A stretch of DNA of 55,607 bases from Candidatus Dadabacteria bacterium (GTDB lineage: Bacteria; Desulfobacterota_D; UBA1144; Nemesobacterales; UBA2774), in contig SMWY01000002.1 in NCBI GenBank assembly GCA_004356555.1, positions 1 to 55,607 on the forward strand, written 5' to 3'. Below are positions 18,292 to 29,697 of the stretch, piece after piece. The notes under the pieces were generated by a model. The model was not told the origin of the DNA. It did no database searches and saw nothing but the letters and a program-made list of their open reading frames with translations. The translations under genes and the position numbers were made by a program. Every line of letters starts with the position of its first letter. Positions within the stretch are counted from its first letter, which is position 1.

Positions 18292-20400
18292 CTATCCCCT
18301 ATAATCCTCTATGTTCTCGTCCAGGGCTTGTTTTCTGCTTAGCCTAATCTTTCCATCGCGCCCTTTCTCGATACATTTAACTAATAACTCGTCATTTTCC
18401 TGAAGAATATCAGTAACTTTTTCGACTCTTTTGGGTTCAAGCTCGGAAATATGTACTAGCCCGTCTTTTCCGTTAGCAAGTTCAACTATTGCCCCAAAAT
18501 CTAAAATCCTCTTTACTGTTCCAAGATAAACTTTACCAACTTCCATTTCTTCAACAATCCCTTCTATGATTTTGATTGCTTTTTTACAAGCTTCTCCATC
18601 TGGAGAGGCAATATTTATAGTCCCTGAGTCGTCTATATCAATCTGCACCCCAGTCAACTCAACAATCTTCTTAATCGTTTTACCGCCGGATCCAATTACG
18701 TCTTTAATCTTGCTCTGCTCGACTTGCATCGTAACAATTCTAGGGGCATATTGAGATATATCTTCTCTTGGTGCCGACATTATTTTGTCCATCTCAGATA
18801 AAATATGCAATCTACCATCTTTAGCCTGATCTAGCGCCTTTGTAAGGATCTCTCTAGTCACTCCGGTAACCTTAATATCCATTTGGAGAGCCGTTATACC
18901 CTTAGTAGTGCCGGCAACTTTAAAATCCATATCTCCCAAATGGTCTTCGTCTCCTAAAATATCTGATAGGATCACAAAATCGTCCTCTTCTTTTATTAGT
19001 CCCATAGCTATGCCGCCAACAGATGCTCTTATCGGAATACCCGCATCCAGCATGGATAAAGTTCCACCACATACAGTGGCCATTGAAGATGAACCGTTTG
19101 ATTCAAGAATTTCAGATACTATACGCAGAGTGTAGGGAAAATCTTCTCTATTAGGCAGAACTGAAGCAAGCGCTCTTTCCGCAAGTGCTCCATGCCCTAT
19201 CTCTCTACGCCCTGGGCCTAATCTGAATGAAGTTTCACCCACGCTGTATGGTGGAAAATTGTAGTGCAGCATAAAGGTCTTTGTAATGTCACCTTCAAGA
19301 GAATCTATTCTCTGCTCGTCATATTTGGTTCCTAGAGTTACGGTAACGGCAGCTTGAGTCTCCCCTCTGGTAAAAACTGCAGAACCGTGGACTCGGGGAA
19401 GAAAACCAACCTCGCCGCTTATCGGTCTGACATCTGTGTATCCTCTATTATCAAGTCTCTTCTTGTCATTTACTATGAGTCCTCTTACGGATTCTTTTAA
19501 TAATTTTTCAAAGACTTTTGAGATATCTACTTCAGTATCAGGGTATAAAGAACTTATATGCTCTTCCGTATCACTATAAACTTTCTTTATACTGTCATTT
19601 CTTTCTGTTTTAGATGATATCGTGATTGTTTCTTTTAATTTGTCCTCGGCAAAAGAAATAACTTTATTATTAAAATCCTCATCTTCTTCTAGTGGATCGA
19701 GCACACGTTTTTCTATGTCCATTCCAGAGACTAAATCCTCTTGAACCTTTATGAACTCTTGAATACTTTCATGAGCAAACATAAGAGCATCCACAATGTC
19801 AGATTCAGAAACTTCATTTGCCCCCCCTTCAACCATGACGATAGCTTCCTTAGTCCCGGCGACAATAATATTCATGTCACTTTCTTCAATTTCACTCTTT
19901 ATAGGATTACAAATAAACTCTCCTCCCACTCGAGCGACCCTAACAGCAGCAATAGGACCGGCAAAAGGAACATCTGAGACCATAAGTGCCGCTGATGCCG
20001 CGGTTACAGATAATACATCAGGATCATGGTCCAGATCAGATGAAAACACCGTAATAATTATTTGAGTCTGATATGTAAATTCCTTAGGAATTAGGGGTCT
20101 AATAGGTCTATCTATAAGTCTTGAAGTTAGAACTTCTTTTTCATTAGGTCTTCCTTCTCTTTTAAAAAATCCCCCCGGTATCTTCCCGGCCGCAGCAGAT
20201 TTTTCCTGATAATTAATCGTTAAAGGTAAGAAATCTTCACCTTCTGTTTTTTCCTTCGCAGCAACTAGTGTAGCCAGTACTACAGTATCCCCATAGCGAG
20301 CTAATACAGCACCACTAGTCTGTTTTGCAAGTGTTCCGGTTTCAAGCCCAAATGTTGTACCAAATACCTGAGCTTCAACCTTCTTAGGTTTAATAATCAA
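18292..20400 (-). CDS. pnp: Polyribonucleotide nucleotidyltransferase (PNPase)
   Basis: 702 aa. Two RNase PH domains, a KH domain (IGSGGKTIK) and an S1 domain (GKVYLGTVKRILDFGAIVEL). Confidence 0.97.
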   Translation of the reverse strand: MIIKPKKVEAQVFGTTFGLETGTLAKQTSGAVLARYGDTVVLATLVAAKEKTEGEDFLPLTINYQEKSAAAGKIPGGFFKREGRPNEKEVLTSRLIDRPIRPLIPKEFTYQTQIIITVFSSDLDHDPDVLSVTAASAALMVSDVPFAGPIAAVRVARVGGEFICNPIKSEIEESDMNIIVAGTKEAIVMVEGGANEVSESDIVDALMFAHESIQEFIKVQEDLVSGMDIEKRVLDPLEEDEDFNNKVISFAEDKLKETITISSKTERNDSIKKVYSDTEEHISSLYPDTEVDISKVFEKLLKESVRGLIVNDKKRLDNRGYTDVRPISGEVGFLPRVHGSAVFTRGETQAAVTVTLGTKYDEQRIDSLEGDITKTFMLHYNFPPYSVGETSFRLGPGRREIGHGALAERALASVLPNREDFPYTLRIVSEILESNGSSSMATVCGGTLSMLDAGIPIRASVGGIAMGLIKEEDDFVILSDILGDEDHLGDMDFKVAGTTKGITALQMDIKVTGVTREILTKALDQAKDGRLHILSEMDKIMSAPREDISQYAPRIVTMQVEQSKIKDVIGSGGKTIKKIVELTGVQIDIDDSGTINIASPDGEACKKAIKIIEGIVEEMEVGKVYLGTVKRILDFGAIVELANGKDGLVHISELEPKRVEKVTDILQENDELLVKCIEKGRDGKIRLSRKQALDENIEDYRG

Positions 20401-20421
20401 TACACTTCCTCCTTAATAACT

Positions 20422-20691
20422 CTACTTTCTCAGTCCGAGTCTTTGTATGAGTCCCGGATATTTTTCCGGGCTGCTCTTTTTAATGTAATTTAATAACCTT
20501 CTTCTTCTGGCAACAAGGAGTACAAGTCCACGTCTGGAATGAAAATCCTTGGGTGCATTACTCATATGAACAGTGAGATCTGCTATTCTACGAGAAAGAA
20601 TGCCTACCTGAACTTCAGGAGAACCAACATCTTTGTCATGAACTGCAAACTCGCTGATTATTTGAGATTTATCCTCTGTATCAAGCGCCAT
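20422..20691 (-). CDS. rpsO: 30S ribosomal protein S15
   Basis: 89 aa. Motifs GSPEVQVGILSRRIADLTVH and HSRRGLVLLVARRRRLLNY. Confidence 0.97.
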   Translation of the reverse strand: MALDTEDKSQIISEFAVHDKDVGSPEVQVGILSRRIADLTVHMSNAPKDFHSRRGLVLLVARRRRLLNYIKKSSPEKYPGLIQRLGLRK

Positions 20692-20776
20692 TTACTGCCT
20701 CCTTCTTTCTATCATTATTTAACCCACCATTATTTAACCCGCATTATTAACTCAGCCGCATTTAACTCTGGCGTAA

Positions 20777-21688
20777 TTAATTAAACACTCTGAGTAATTT
20801 AAAAACAATCGTTTGGTCATCCAAATCACCCAGCTCAGATGAATCCACCTTTGCCTGAGTTATGGAAACCAAGCTCAAATTCTCATAAAACTTTAAATGA
20901 TCTCCAGCTTCAAAGTCTGGGAGGTCATTTAAATTCATATGAGATTTCTTAATTTGTTTGCCCAGCCTGATTTGACTGGCCAAATCAGAAGAGACTTTTA
21001 CCTCTTTCATATGTGATAGGACATCATTTAATGATTTTAATTCAATATGCCCACTCTTAATATCTTCTATTGTTACAGCTTCTTCTATCGTAAATCCATC
21101 GCTTTCAATTCTTCTAAGATCAGTTAAATGCCCCCCGCATCCTAGATCATTGGAAATGTCCGATGCAAGTACTCTAATATAAGTGCCCCGAGAGCATTCT
21201 ACCATAAACCTAATAAACGGCGGATTAAACTCCAACAGCTCTATTCGATTAATAGTTACTTCTCTAGGAGTTCTTTCAACCTCTATTCCTTTCCTCGCTA
21301 ATTTATATAGCCTAACACCATCTTTTTTTATAGCTGAAAACATGGGAGGAATTTGATTAATTTTACCCTTATATTTAGAAAATACATCAATTACAGCACT
21401 TTTATTTAAAATTCCAGGATCGAGCTCTTTGATAACTTGCCCTGTATTATCCAATGTGTCAGTTGATATACCAAGATGAATAAGCGCTTCATATTTCTTA
21501 AAATCATTCTTCATATACGGAATTATTTTTGTAGCCTTATTAAAACAAATAGGCAATACTCCTGTGGCGAAGGGGTCAAGTGTACCGGTATGTCCAGCAC
21601 GTTTGGCCTTAATAATCTTATTCACCTCAGATACTGCCTTATGAGATGTAATTCCCTTGGGTTTATCGAGGACAAGCACACCGTTCAT
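20777..21688 (-). CDS. truB: tRNA pseudouridine(55) synthase
   Basis: 303 aa. Motifs GVLVLDKPKGITSH, AGHTGTLDPFATGVL and PPMFSAIK. Confidence 0.95.
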   Translation of the reverse strand: MNGVLVLDKPKGITSHKAVSEVNKIIKAKRAGHTGTLDPFATGVLPICFNKATKIIPYMKNDFKKYEALIHLGISTDTLDNTGQVIKELDPGILNKSAVIDVFSKYKGKINQIPPMFSAIKKDGVRLYKLARKGIEVERTPREVTINRIELLEFNPPFIRFMVECSRGTYIRVLASDISNDLGCGGHLTDLRRIESDGFTIEEAVTIEDIKSGHIELKSLNDVLSHMKEVKVSSDLASQIRLGKQIKKSHMNLNDLPDFEAGDHLKFYENLSLVSITQAKVDSSELGDLDDQTIVFKLLRVFN

Positions 21689-22659
21689 CCTAGAGCCTCT
21701 TCGATAGTGCTAATTACTTTATTTTTAACATCCACAATATTACCTTGAACCGAGCACCCGGCAGCTCTAGCATGGCCTCCGCCGCCAAAGCTCTCAGCAA
21801 TCTTTGCTACATTTAGATTTCCCTTGGATCTTAGACTCATTTTCCACTCCGAATCTCCCTCTTGCCTGAATAATATAGCAACTTCGACCCCCTTTATACT
21901 ACGTGGTATATTGACCATCCCTTCAGTGTCTTCCCTTGTAGTACCGGTTTCCTGAAACATATCTTTATCAACAAAAATCGATGCAATATTTTTATTTTCA
22001 GTAATATCTAGAGTAGGAATAACCAATTTTAGAAGTTCGATCTTTCTTAAGGGTTCATTCTCATAAAGAGCTTGTGATATCTGAGAAGGATCCGCTCCAC
22101 CTTGAACTAGTTCAGCAGCTACTTTCAAAGTATCCGAATTAGTATTTGAGTAGCTAAAAGAACCTGTATCACTAACAATAGTGGTATAGATATTTTGTGA
22201 AATAGACTCATCCATTTCTATATCCAAAGCTTTTAATACTGTATAAATCATCATTCCGGTTGAAGAAGCGGTTTGATCAAGCAGGTGTAAGTCAGCTGAA
22301 GAATCACTAGTCTCATGGTGATCAATAATGACTACCTTTTTACAGTTATCTGATCTTGCATAATCTTCAAATTCTTTGCCCGCCCTGTTGGTACCAGTAC
22401 AATCCACGGCAAATGCAACGTCAAAAGGACCTTCTATCTCATTTATAGAACTCACGATTTTATCAGAATGAGGAAGGAATTCCAAAATCTCGGGCACACC
22501 ATCTTTACTGTAGAATTTAACGTTCTTTCCAATTTTTTCGAGCCCCAACCCTAGACCCAGCATGGAGCCCAGCGCATCGCCATCAGGATTTTGATGAGAG
22601 GTAATAAGTATTTTTTTTGATTCCCTGATTAGATCCAGGACCTTCTCAAGTTCATTCAT
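21685..22659 (-). CDS. nrnA: DHH-family phosphoesterase, oligoribonuclease/pAp phosphatase NrnA-like
   Basis: I prefer the start at ATG 22659 (MNELEKVLDLI), which overlaps the rbfA stop as ATGAATGA. Motifs HQNPDGDALGS, DHH, and GGGH in the DHHA1 domain. Confidence 0.85.
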   Translation of the reverse strand: MNELEKVLDLIRESKKILITSHQNPDGDALGSMLGLGLGLEKIGKNVKFYSKDGVPEILEFLPHSDKIVSSINEIEGPFDVAFAVDCTGTNRAGKEFEDYARSDNCKKVVIIDHHETSDSSADLHLLDQTASSTGMMIYTVLKALDIEMDESISQNIYTTIVSDTGSFSYSNTNSDTLKVAAELVQGGADPSQISQALYENEPLRKIELLKLVIPTLDITENKNIASIFVDKDMFQETGTTREDTEGMVNIPRSIKGVEVAILFRQEGDSEWKMSLRSKGNLNVAKIAESFGGGGHARAAGCSVQGNIVDVKNKVISTIEEALG

Positions 22660-23008
22660 CAGCACCAATCTCTCTAAGTACTTCATCCACTTTATAGCCC
22701 GTTTCAAGAGCTATATCAAATTTAAACTCTAAATCAGGAATTTTTCTCATTTTTAATTTCTTGGAAAGCCTCGTTTTAATGAACCCCTTTGCGCTTTGGA
22801 GACCTTTAAGAACCTCATCTTTATCTACGCCATCTTCCATAACAGAAAAGAATATACTTGCAAGGCTCAGATTATCCGATACTTTTACACCCGTAATAAA
22901 GGCTAAGCTGGCACGTGGGTCCTTTACCTCACCTCTAAGGATCATTTGCGATACTTCTTTAATGATTAAGTCCGAAACTCTAGCTGCCCTTTTAAAAGTA
23001 GGTGGCAA
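22652..23008 (-). CDS. rbfA: Ribosome-binding factor A
   Basis: 118 aa. RAARVSDLIIKEVSQMIL...DPR...ITGVKVSDNLSLASIFFS. Ends at TGA with the normal length for the family. Confidence 0.9.
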   Translation of the reverse strand: MPPTFKRAARVSDLIIKEVSQMILRGEVKDPRASLAFITGVKVSDNLSLASIFFSVMEDGVDKDEVLKGLQSAKGFIKTRLSKKLKMRKIPDLEFKFDIALETGYKVDEVLREIGADE

Positions 23009-23020
23009 AGAAAACTCCCT

Positions 23021-23311
23021 CTAAAAATTTATTATTTCAAGCTCACGGCTTCCCATTTGAACAACCCCTGTTGATTCTATAAAGCCAGTAACCTGATCAA
23101 GGATAGAATTCACATGGCGTTTATCATTGCTAACGAATGAGATTCCAATCGTTGCTTTTTGCAAGAGATCATTTGAACCTACTTCAGCAATTGAAATGTT
23201 GTTATATCTGGATTTTGCTCTGTGAATCAAGCTTTTTAGGATCCGCCTTTTATCTTTAAGCGATCTATTACCATCCATATATAAATCAAATCTTAATATT
23301 CCTATTACCAT
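23021..23311 (-). CDS. DUF503 (YlxP-like) protein
   Basis: 96 aa. SLKDKRRILKSLIHRAKSRYNNISIAEVG. Position between infB and rbfA matches ylxP. Confidence 0.8.
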   Translation of the reverse strand: MVIGILRFDLYMDGNRSLKDKRRILKSLIHRAKSRYNNISIAEVGSNDLLQKATIGISFVSNDKRHVNSILDQVTGFIESTGVVQMGSRELEIINF

Positions 23312-23317
23312 TTACTA

Positions 23318-25939
23318 TTAAAGCTCTTGTTTAAATTCTTCAAACATAAAGAACTCAAAAGTATCTCCGACCTTAACATCGTTAAATCGTTCAATTGTAA
23401 TACCGCACTCATAACCCGTATTTACTTCTTTTGCATCATCTTTAAAACGTTTAAGGGATGAGAGTTTGCCCTCAAATATTACTACACTGTCTCTTAAAAT
23501 CCTAACATTACTGTCCCTTGTAGCCTTCCCATCATTAACCACACAGCCAGCAATTGTGCCAATTCTTGAAATATTAAAAGTTTCCTTAACCTCGGCATGA
23601 CCGGTAATCTTTTCTTCTATGATAGGATCTAAAAGCCCTTCCATAGAATTTCTGACTCTATCTATCAGGTTGTATATTATAGTATGGAGTTCAAGAGAAA
23701 TTCCTTCTCTCTCAGATAACTTTAGAGCTTTTACATCAGGTCTGACATTAAATCCAACTATGATTGCATTTGTAGTACTGGCTAGAATTACATCGGTTTC
23801 GTTCACTCCCCCAACTCCAGAGTGAACTATTTTTACCTGGCATTTATCAGTGCTTAATTTGATTATTGACTCTCTAACCGCCTCTACCGACCCCTGAGTA
23901 TCGGCTTTGATAATTAATGCAAGCTCTTTTACCTCTTCTTCCTCGAGTGCTTCAAATAAATTCTCAAGTGAAGGCCTTATTTCCTTAGCTGCTAGTGCCT
24001 CTCTTTGCTTTGTTTCTCTATGGGCAACGACATCTTTAGCTACCTTCTCATCTTCAACTGCATAAAAACGCTCTCCAGCCTGTGGAACTCCAGAAAAGCC
24101 CATTACTTCGACCGGAATTGAGGGTCCTGCCTCATCTACCCTTCCCCCTTTATCATCAATAAGCGCTCTAACCTTTCCATAAGTTGTTCCGGCCACAACC
24201 GTATCTCCAACCCGAAGAGTTCCTTCGCTAACAATTACAGTAGCAACCGGTCCCCTGCCCTTATCCAAGATGGCCTCAATGACAAAACCATTGGCTCTTT
24301 TTCCATTATCCGCTTTAAGCTCAAGTATATCGGCCTGGAGTAAGACAAGCTCTAGTAATTCCTTAATACCTGTATTTTCTTTAGCAGAAACCTCTGCGAA
24401 AAGAGTATCTCCACCCCAATCTTCTGAAAGTAATCCTAATTCCGAAAGTTCTCGTTTAATTTTTTCAGGTTCAGCATCAGGTTTATCTATTTTGTTTACT
24501 GCTACAATTATAGGAACTTCAGCTGCCTTAGCATGATTCACTGCCTCAACAGTTTGAGGCATAACACCATCATCAGCAGCAACAACAAGAATTACAACAT
24601 CTGTAACCTTTGCCCCGCGGGCCCTCATTGCAGTAAAAGCTTCATGTCCAGGTGTATCGACAAATGCAACTTTCCTACCGTTAACTTCTACAGAATAAGC
24701 ACCGATGTGCTGTGTAATTCCTCCAGCTTCACCTTCAGCAACTTTGGCCTTTCTAATTGTATCCAGCAGTGTGGTTTTCCCATGATCCACATGTCCCATT
24801 ACAGTCACTACCGGGGGACGTGGAGAAAGTTCATTATCTGTAGTATCATCAGCTTCTAGAAGAAGATCTTCTTCTTCAAAGATGTCAACAAGTACTTCAA
24901 AACCGTACTCTTGGGCAAGTAGAGCTGCTGTTTCATGATCGATACTTTGATTTATTGTAACGGTAACACCCAAAGATATAAGTTTTCTAATTAATTCGCC
25001 TGCCTTAAGGCTCATCAACTTGGCAAGCTCACCAACATTAATCGATTCACCGATTTTAACAACACGTTTTGAGGATCTAGCTGGAAATGGGATAATATCA
25101 GCTGAGACATCTCCTCCAATTGAAGGTTTCGTTGATCTCAAATTATCCCTTGAACGCCTATCTGAAGTTCTTCCTCTTTGGGCACTATTGGAAGTTGATC
25201 TTGGCTTAGAACGTCCTCCTTCTACCAGGTACTCTCTTCTCTTTCCGGGAAGTTTGGCTCTAAAGGCTTTTCTCAATTCTTCAAGAGTATCCTCATCGAT
25301 TATCTCTTCACGTTTAGGCTTTACCTTTTTACCTTTTTTCTTAAATTTCTTTGCAGTCTCATCCTGGGCTTCTTTTTCAGTTTTATCTTTTATGTGTTTA
25401 ACGCTATCCGATTTGATTTCTTTAATATCTAAGGATTCGTCCTTAAATTCTTCAGTGACTCCTTGTGCAAATTCAGTTTTATCAGCCAGATCTACATTTT
25501 GTTTCTGATTTTCTTCCTGAGCTTGGGTTTCCTGCACTACATCCTCTTGCTGTACTTTAGCTTCAATTTGCTCAAGTCCTTCTATTGTATCTGGCGTACT
25601 TGGAATAGGTGCTATGTCTATTTTTTCAGCTTCAGGCTCTATTACTTTTTTCTTCCTACGTAGAACGACTCTAGAACCTTTTCTTCTCTCAACTACTTCT
25701 TCACCGCTTTCAGTTCGGAATACTCTAACTTTTTCCATCTCTTCACTCGGAGTTTTTTGAGCTTGAGGTTCATTGCTATTCTGCGCTCCAATTTTATCTA
25801 TAATTTTTTTTGCTTCTTCAGCTGAAATAGAACTGGCGTGACTTTTCACAGATATACCTAAACCTTTAGCAACTTTTACTATTTCTTTACTAGGTTTATC
25901 TATATCACGAGAGAGTTCGTAAACTCTTATATTTGTCAT
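23318..25939 (-). CDS. infB: Translation initiation factor IF-2
   Basis: I prefer ATG 25939 ([13 protein letters not shown]) over the TTG at 25969. G domain motifs [20 protein letters not shown] and NKIDK. Confidence 0.97.
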   Translation of the reverse strand: MTNIRVYELSRDIDKPSKEIVKVAKGLGISVKSHASSISAEEAKKIIDKIGAQNSNEPQAQKTPSEEMEKVRVFRTESGEEVVERRKGSRVVLRRKKKVIEPEAEKIDIAPIPSTPDTIEGLEQIEAKVQQEDVVQETQAQEENQKQNVDLADKTEFAQGVTEEFKDESLDIKEIKSDSVKHIKDKTEKEAQDETAKKFKKKGKKVKPKREEIIDEDTLEELRKAFRAKLPGKRREYLVEGGRSKPRSTSNSAQRGRTSDRRSRDNLRSTKPSIGGDVSADIIPFPARSSKRVVKIGESINVGELAKLMSLKAGELIRKLISLGVTVTINQSIDHETAALLAQEYGFEVLVDIFEEEDLLLEADDTTDNELSPRPPVVTVMGHVDHGKTTLLDTIRKAKVAEGEAGGITQHIGAYSVEVNGRKVAFVDTPGHEAFTAMRARGAKVTDVVILVVAADDGVMPQTVEAVNHAKAAEVPIIVAVNKIDKPDAEPEKIKRELSELGLLSEDWGGDTLFAEVSAKENTGIKELLELVLLQADILELKADNGKRANGFVIEAILDKGRGPVATVIVSEGTLRVGDTVVAGTTYGKVRALIDDKGGRVDEAGPSIPVEVMGFSGVPQAGERFYAVEDEKVAKDVVAHRETKQREALAAKEIRPSLENLFEALEEEEVKELALIIKADTQGSVEAVRESIIKLSTDKCQVKIVHSGVGGVNETDVILASTTNAIIVGFNVRPDVKALKLSEREGISLELHTIIYNLIDRVRNSMEGLLDPIIEEKITGHAEVKETFNISRIGTIAGCVVNDGKATRDSNVRILRDSVVIFEGKLSSLKRFKDDAKEVNTGYECGITIERFNDVKVGDTFEFFMFEEFKQEL

Positions 25940-26136
25940 ATATACACATCCGTCATTTAACAAAATCAATCATTTTAAATTATAAACTTTGAGTTTATCT
26001 AAGAAAGGCTACCAAAGTTTAGTTAACTATGCAAAAGAGAGCTAAAGCAATATGATCCTTAGATGTCTTAAAAAATTGAGAAATGTTAATTATACTTTAA
26101 GAAGCTCTTAAACCAACCTCTCCTAAACTCCGCTCT

Positions 26137-27459
26137 TTATTCTTGTTCCGCCAAAGGTTCCTCTTGTGGTTCCTGTAGAGTCTCTTCAGAGTATGTCATT
26201 TGATCCAATTTATCCTTAAGAAAAATCCTAGCTGCAGTTTGCAGTTTCTCAGCTTCTTCCTCATCTTTTAAACCCCCTGATTTTATGAGAGTTTCAGAAT
26301 CAGAAAATGCTATGTCCTCCAATTTATGGAATCCATCACCATATAAGAGATTCGCCGTAACTTCTTTAACATTAGGAAGCGACATCAAGAGAGAAACAAC
26401 ATCTTGCTGCTCACGCTTAATCTGAGAGTCAGTTTTAATATCGATTCGCCATTCTGTCAATTGAGATGCAAGCCTGACATTCTGCCCTCTTCTTCCTATT
26501 GCCAAGGATAGCTGATCATCATCAACTATGATTTCCATAGATTTATTTTCATCATCAATAATAACTTTACTGACAGCCGCAGGCGAAAGTGCATTACATG
26601 CAAACCTGGCAGGATCGGGTGACCAAGGAACTATGTCTACCTTCTCTCCTCTGAGCTCCTGAATAACGTTCTGAACTCTTGCTCCACGCATTCCAACACA
26701 TGCGCCCACAGGATCTACATCTTGATCGTTTGACACAACAGCAATCTTAGTACGTCCTCCAGGATCTCTGGATAGGGCTTTAATCTCTACAATTTGATCA
26801 CCAATCTCAGGAACTTCAGATTCAAACAGCTTCCTCACAAAATCCCTGTGAGAGCGGGATAAAATCAACTGCGGCCCCCGTTTTGTTTCCTTAATATCAA
26901 CCAGAAGTGCTCTTATGCGCTCTTTGGGTTTATAGTACTCTCTTTGAACTTGCTGCTCTGGTGGGAGGAAGGCCTCCGTTTTTCCCAGATCAACAATAAT
27001 ATTTCTTCTTTCAACCCTTCTTACGATACCGCTAATAAGGTCCCCTTTTCTATTCTTAAACTCCTCATAAATTACTTTACCTTCCGCCTCTTTAATACTT
27101 TGAAGTATTCTCTGCTTAGCATTCTGTATAGCAATTCTAGTAAAATCAGGATTAATCTTCACACCTATCTGATCACCAAGTTCAGCTTCCGGATCAAGAT
27201 CGACTGCTTCCTCAACACTGATTTCCAATTCAGCTTCCTCAACATCTTCCACTACAGTCTTAAATTCAAATAGCTCTACATCTCCATCATCTTCATTAAA
27301 GTGAACTTCAAGCTCTTTTTCCAAATCCCGCATCCTAAATAATTTCTGCGCAGCCGACAATACCGCCTCTTCTACAGCTGAAACTATTTCCCCCTTCTTA
27401 ATACCCTTATCCTTACAAACAGAATCCATTACACGAGTTAATTCAGTTAGTTCTGACAT
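26137..27459 (-). CDS. nusA: Transcription termination/antitermination factor NusA
   Basis: 440 aa. S1 domain and two KH domains (ACVGMRGARVQ, LAIGRRGQNVRLASQLT). Confidence 0.97.
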   Translation of the reverse strand: MSELTELTRVMDSVCKDKGIKKGEIVSAVEEAVLSAAQKLFRMRDLEKELEVHFNEDDGDVELFEFKTVVEDVEEAELEISVEEAVDLDPEAELGDQIGVKINPDFTRIAIQNAKQRILQSIKEAEGKVIYEEFKNRKGDLISGIVRRVERRNIIVDLGKTEAFLPPEQQVQREYYKPKERIRALLVDIKETKRGPQLILSRSHRDFVRKLFESEVPEIGDQIVEIKALSRDPGGRTKIAVVSNDQDVDPVGACVGMRGARVQNVIQELRGEKVDIVPWSPDPARFACNALSPAAVSKVIIDDENKSMEIIVDDDQLSLAIGRRGQNVRLASQLTEWRIDIKTDSQIKREQQDVVSLLMSLPNVKEVTANLLYGDGFHKLEDIAFSDSETLIKSGGLKDEEEAEKLQTAARIFLKDKLDQMTYSEETLQEPQEEPLAEQE

Positions 27460-27472
27460 TGCAAATCTCCCT

Positions 27473-27940
27473 CTAAAAATCCAATTCCAAGTTTGCCTTC
27501 TCTATTTTACTATACGGTATTAAATAATTAGTCCCGTCTGTTTCAATGTATACAGTTTCATCTTTAAAATCTAAGAGTTTTCCTGTAAAAATATTTTTGT
27601 CTTCGATATCCTCTATCGTCTTAATCTTTACTGCCTTACCCTTGAATCTTACATAATCACTTGGTTTCTTTAGGGGTCTTGTAAGTCCAGGAGAAGAAAC
27701 TTCAAGTGTATATGAACCCGGTATTACCTCATGAACATCCAAAAGAGTTCCGAGTTCCCTACTTATCACGGTACAATCATCTATCGTTACTCCCTCTTCT
27801 TTATCAATAAATACTCTCAACACTCCCCTGTGGCCTTGACCTTGGTATTCCAAATCAAATAACTCAAGATTCTTTTCAAAGAGAATAGGTTCCAACAATT
27901 CTTTAATGTTATATATAATATTTTCTTCAAAAGAATCCAT
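27473..27940 (-). CDS. rimP: Ribosome maturation factor RimP
   Basis: 155 aa. LRVFIDKEEGVTIDDC...LEVSSPGLTRPL. Confidence 0.9.
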   Translation of the reverse strand: MDSFEENIIYNIKELLEPILFEKNLELFDLEYQGQGHRGVLRVFIDKEEGVTIDDCTVISRELGTLLDVHEVIPGSYTLEVSSPGLTRPLKKPSDYVRFKGKAVKIKTIEDIEDKNIFTGKLLDFKDETVYIETDGTNYLIPYSKIEKANLELDF

Positions 27941-27998
27941 GGTATAGAACCTTTATTCTATAATCTTAATATTATTGCTTGTAATATCCCCAAAAATT

Positions 27999-28022
27999 AA
28001 AAAAAGCGGGTTAGACCCGCTT
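27999..28022 (-). terminator. Rho-independent terminator after the ECF sigma operon
   Basis: On the minus strand: AAGCGGG-TCTAA-CCCGCTT followed by TTTTTAATTTTT. It lies between the LTXXQ-type gene and rimP. Confidence 0.6.
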
Positions 28023-28221
28023 TCATCATAGAGATATTACCCAATTCCATACGATTGAGCAAGAAGCGCACAATGTCCGTCCATGTGCAATATCTCAGAA
28101 TATCGCAAGTTTAAATTATAGTATTCTCAACACACCACTAACAAATATCAAACAATATCCATATCCCCTATGGTAAATTACAAGTATGAATTGCTGTGGT
28201 TTATGGTTAAAATTCTGATTA

Positions 28222-28638
28222 TTACCGATGATAGGGCCTAAACCTGATTTTAATCTCGTGAAGTGTCTTTACTTGTTCTGGTTTGAGTACGTCTTTAACT
28301 TGTAGATACATCTCAACCTTAGTTCTGGTGTATGCGGCTTTTGTATCTTCTATTGTGTCAATTAACTTTAACACTTCTTCTTTTTTGGCATTAGGATTTC
28401 GTAATTCTTTTCTAAGCTCTATTTCACTTTTTCTAAGTTGTTTTCGATACTGAATAATCCTTTTTCTGTAGGACGAAAAGATTCGCTCGATACTTTTCAC
28501 TTGACCTTTACTAAGATCGAGCTCACTAGCAATTTGTGGATCTTTCCACCACTTATAATTAGATTTGGCATTGAGCAAAGCCTGCGTATTTAAAGTAAAA
28601 ATAAACAAAAAAAGAACTAATAACAGTGATATTCTCAA
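28222..28638 (-). CDS. Periplasmic Spy/CpxP-like (LTXXQ-type) protein
   Basis: 138 aa. Signal peptide. Helical and basic. LSKGQV and LKPEQV motifs. Third gene of the sigma/anti-sigma operon. Confidence 0.6.
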   Translation of the reverse strand: MRISLLLVLFLFIFTLNTQALLNAKSNYKWWKDPQIASELDLSKGQVKSIERIFSSYRKRIIQYRKQLRKSEIELRKELRNPNAKKEEVLKLIDTIEDTKAAYTRTKVEMYLQVKDVLKPEQVKTLHEIKIRFRPYHR

Positions 28639-29135
28639 TTCATACCTCCATTACCATTAACATCCAAGGTATTATCCCAAGGCCCATAGATTGAAAGCAC
28701 ATCAGCCGTTTCTCGGGATAAGGCATTATCAAGTTCTATCAAAATCAATTCATCCTGCTCATCTGCACTTGTAAATAGAGTATTAGTAGTGTCCGGACTG
28801 AATACAGCAAATGTAATAATACTTACTAAGAAGATTGAAGCCATAGCTCCCGCTAATGTCCAGTTAAGTTTAAAGTTTCTTAACTGACTTAAGAACCCAG
28901 GCTTATATTTCGTTTCATCAATAGAAGCTTGATCCCAAAATTGAGATATAAAGTTATCATCGGGTTCAACTTCTTCCCACGTATCAAGAAGATTCCAGAG
29001 CTCGTTGGATTGAGAGAGGTAAAGCCTGCACTCATTACACTCTTCTAAATGTTTCTCGACACCTACTTTTTCAACCTGCCCCAAATCGCCTAATGAATAC
29101 TGTATGAGTATTCCTTTGATGTCTTTACACTCCAT
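28635..29135 (-). CDS. Anti-sigma factor (zf-HC2 type), single-pass membrane
   Basis: 166 aa. HLEECNECR (H-x3-C-x2-C). One TM helix (LAGAMASIFLVSIITFAVF). Overlaps the sigma gene. Confidence 0.75.
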   Translation of the reverse strand: MECKDIKGILIQYSLGDLGQVEKVGVEKHLEECNECRLYLSQSNELWNLLDTWEEVEPDDNFISQFWDQASIDETKYKPGFLSQLRNFKLNWTLAGAMASIFLVSIITFAVFSPDTTNTLFTSADEQDELILIELDNALSRETADVLSIYGPWDNTLDVNGNGGMN

Positions 29136-29697
29136 ATTCTCCTTCCTCCGTCAAATATGGTTTCAACTTATTTACCAATTTCATCCTTCCCCTGTGCACA
29201 TAGGCCTTCACAGCCCCCACAGTGCATTCAAGTACATCTGCGGTTTCTTCGTAAGAAAGTCCCTCATACTTACAAAGCATAATAGCAACTTTTTCCCTTT
29301 CAGGCAAAGATTCCATAGCACTAAAGATTACATTCTTAATTTCTTTTCTATAAATTATATCATCTGATATTTCTACACCAGAGTCCTCAATTTCTCCTGT
29401 CTTCTCATTCATTTCATCTAGGCTTACATTCTTGTTCTTTTTTTTTACATAAGTGAGGCTTACATTCGTAGCAATTCTATATAGCCAAGTAGTAAACTTG
29501 GCCTCAGGCCTATATTTTGTTGCTGAGCGGTACACTCTTAAGAATACCTCCTGTGCAAGATCTTCTGAATTTTCTTTCAAATTTGTAAACCTATATATAT
29601 AATTCAAGACCCCTTTATAATGCCTATTCATGAGCTCACTAAATGCATCGTCATCCCCAGCCTTTGTCCTCAACATAAGCTCTATATCGCTTTCCAT
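29125..29697 (-). CDS. ECF-type RNA polymerase sigma-70 factor
   Basis: 190 aa. Region 2 is AQEVFLRVYRS...FTTWLYRIATN. Region 4 is LSYEETADVLECTVGAVKAYVHRGR. Confidence 0.9.
   Translation of the reverse strand: MESDIELMLRTKAGDDDAFSELMNRHYKGVLNYIYRFTNLKENSEDLAQEVFLRVYRSATKYRPEAKFTTWLYRIATNVSLTYVKKKNKNVSLDEMNEKTGEIEDSGVEISDDIIYRKEIKNVIFSAMESLPEREKVAIMLCKYEGLSYEETADVLECTVGAVKAYVHRGRMKLVNKLKPYLTEEGEYGV

Noticed and set aside
25970-26136. Missing ylxR / L7Ae-like genes between nusA and infB
   Set aside because: The 167-nt spacer has no ORF of useful length on either strand. Absence of these genes is common in many phyla, so this is not reported as a finding.
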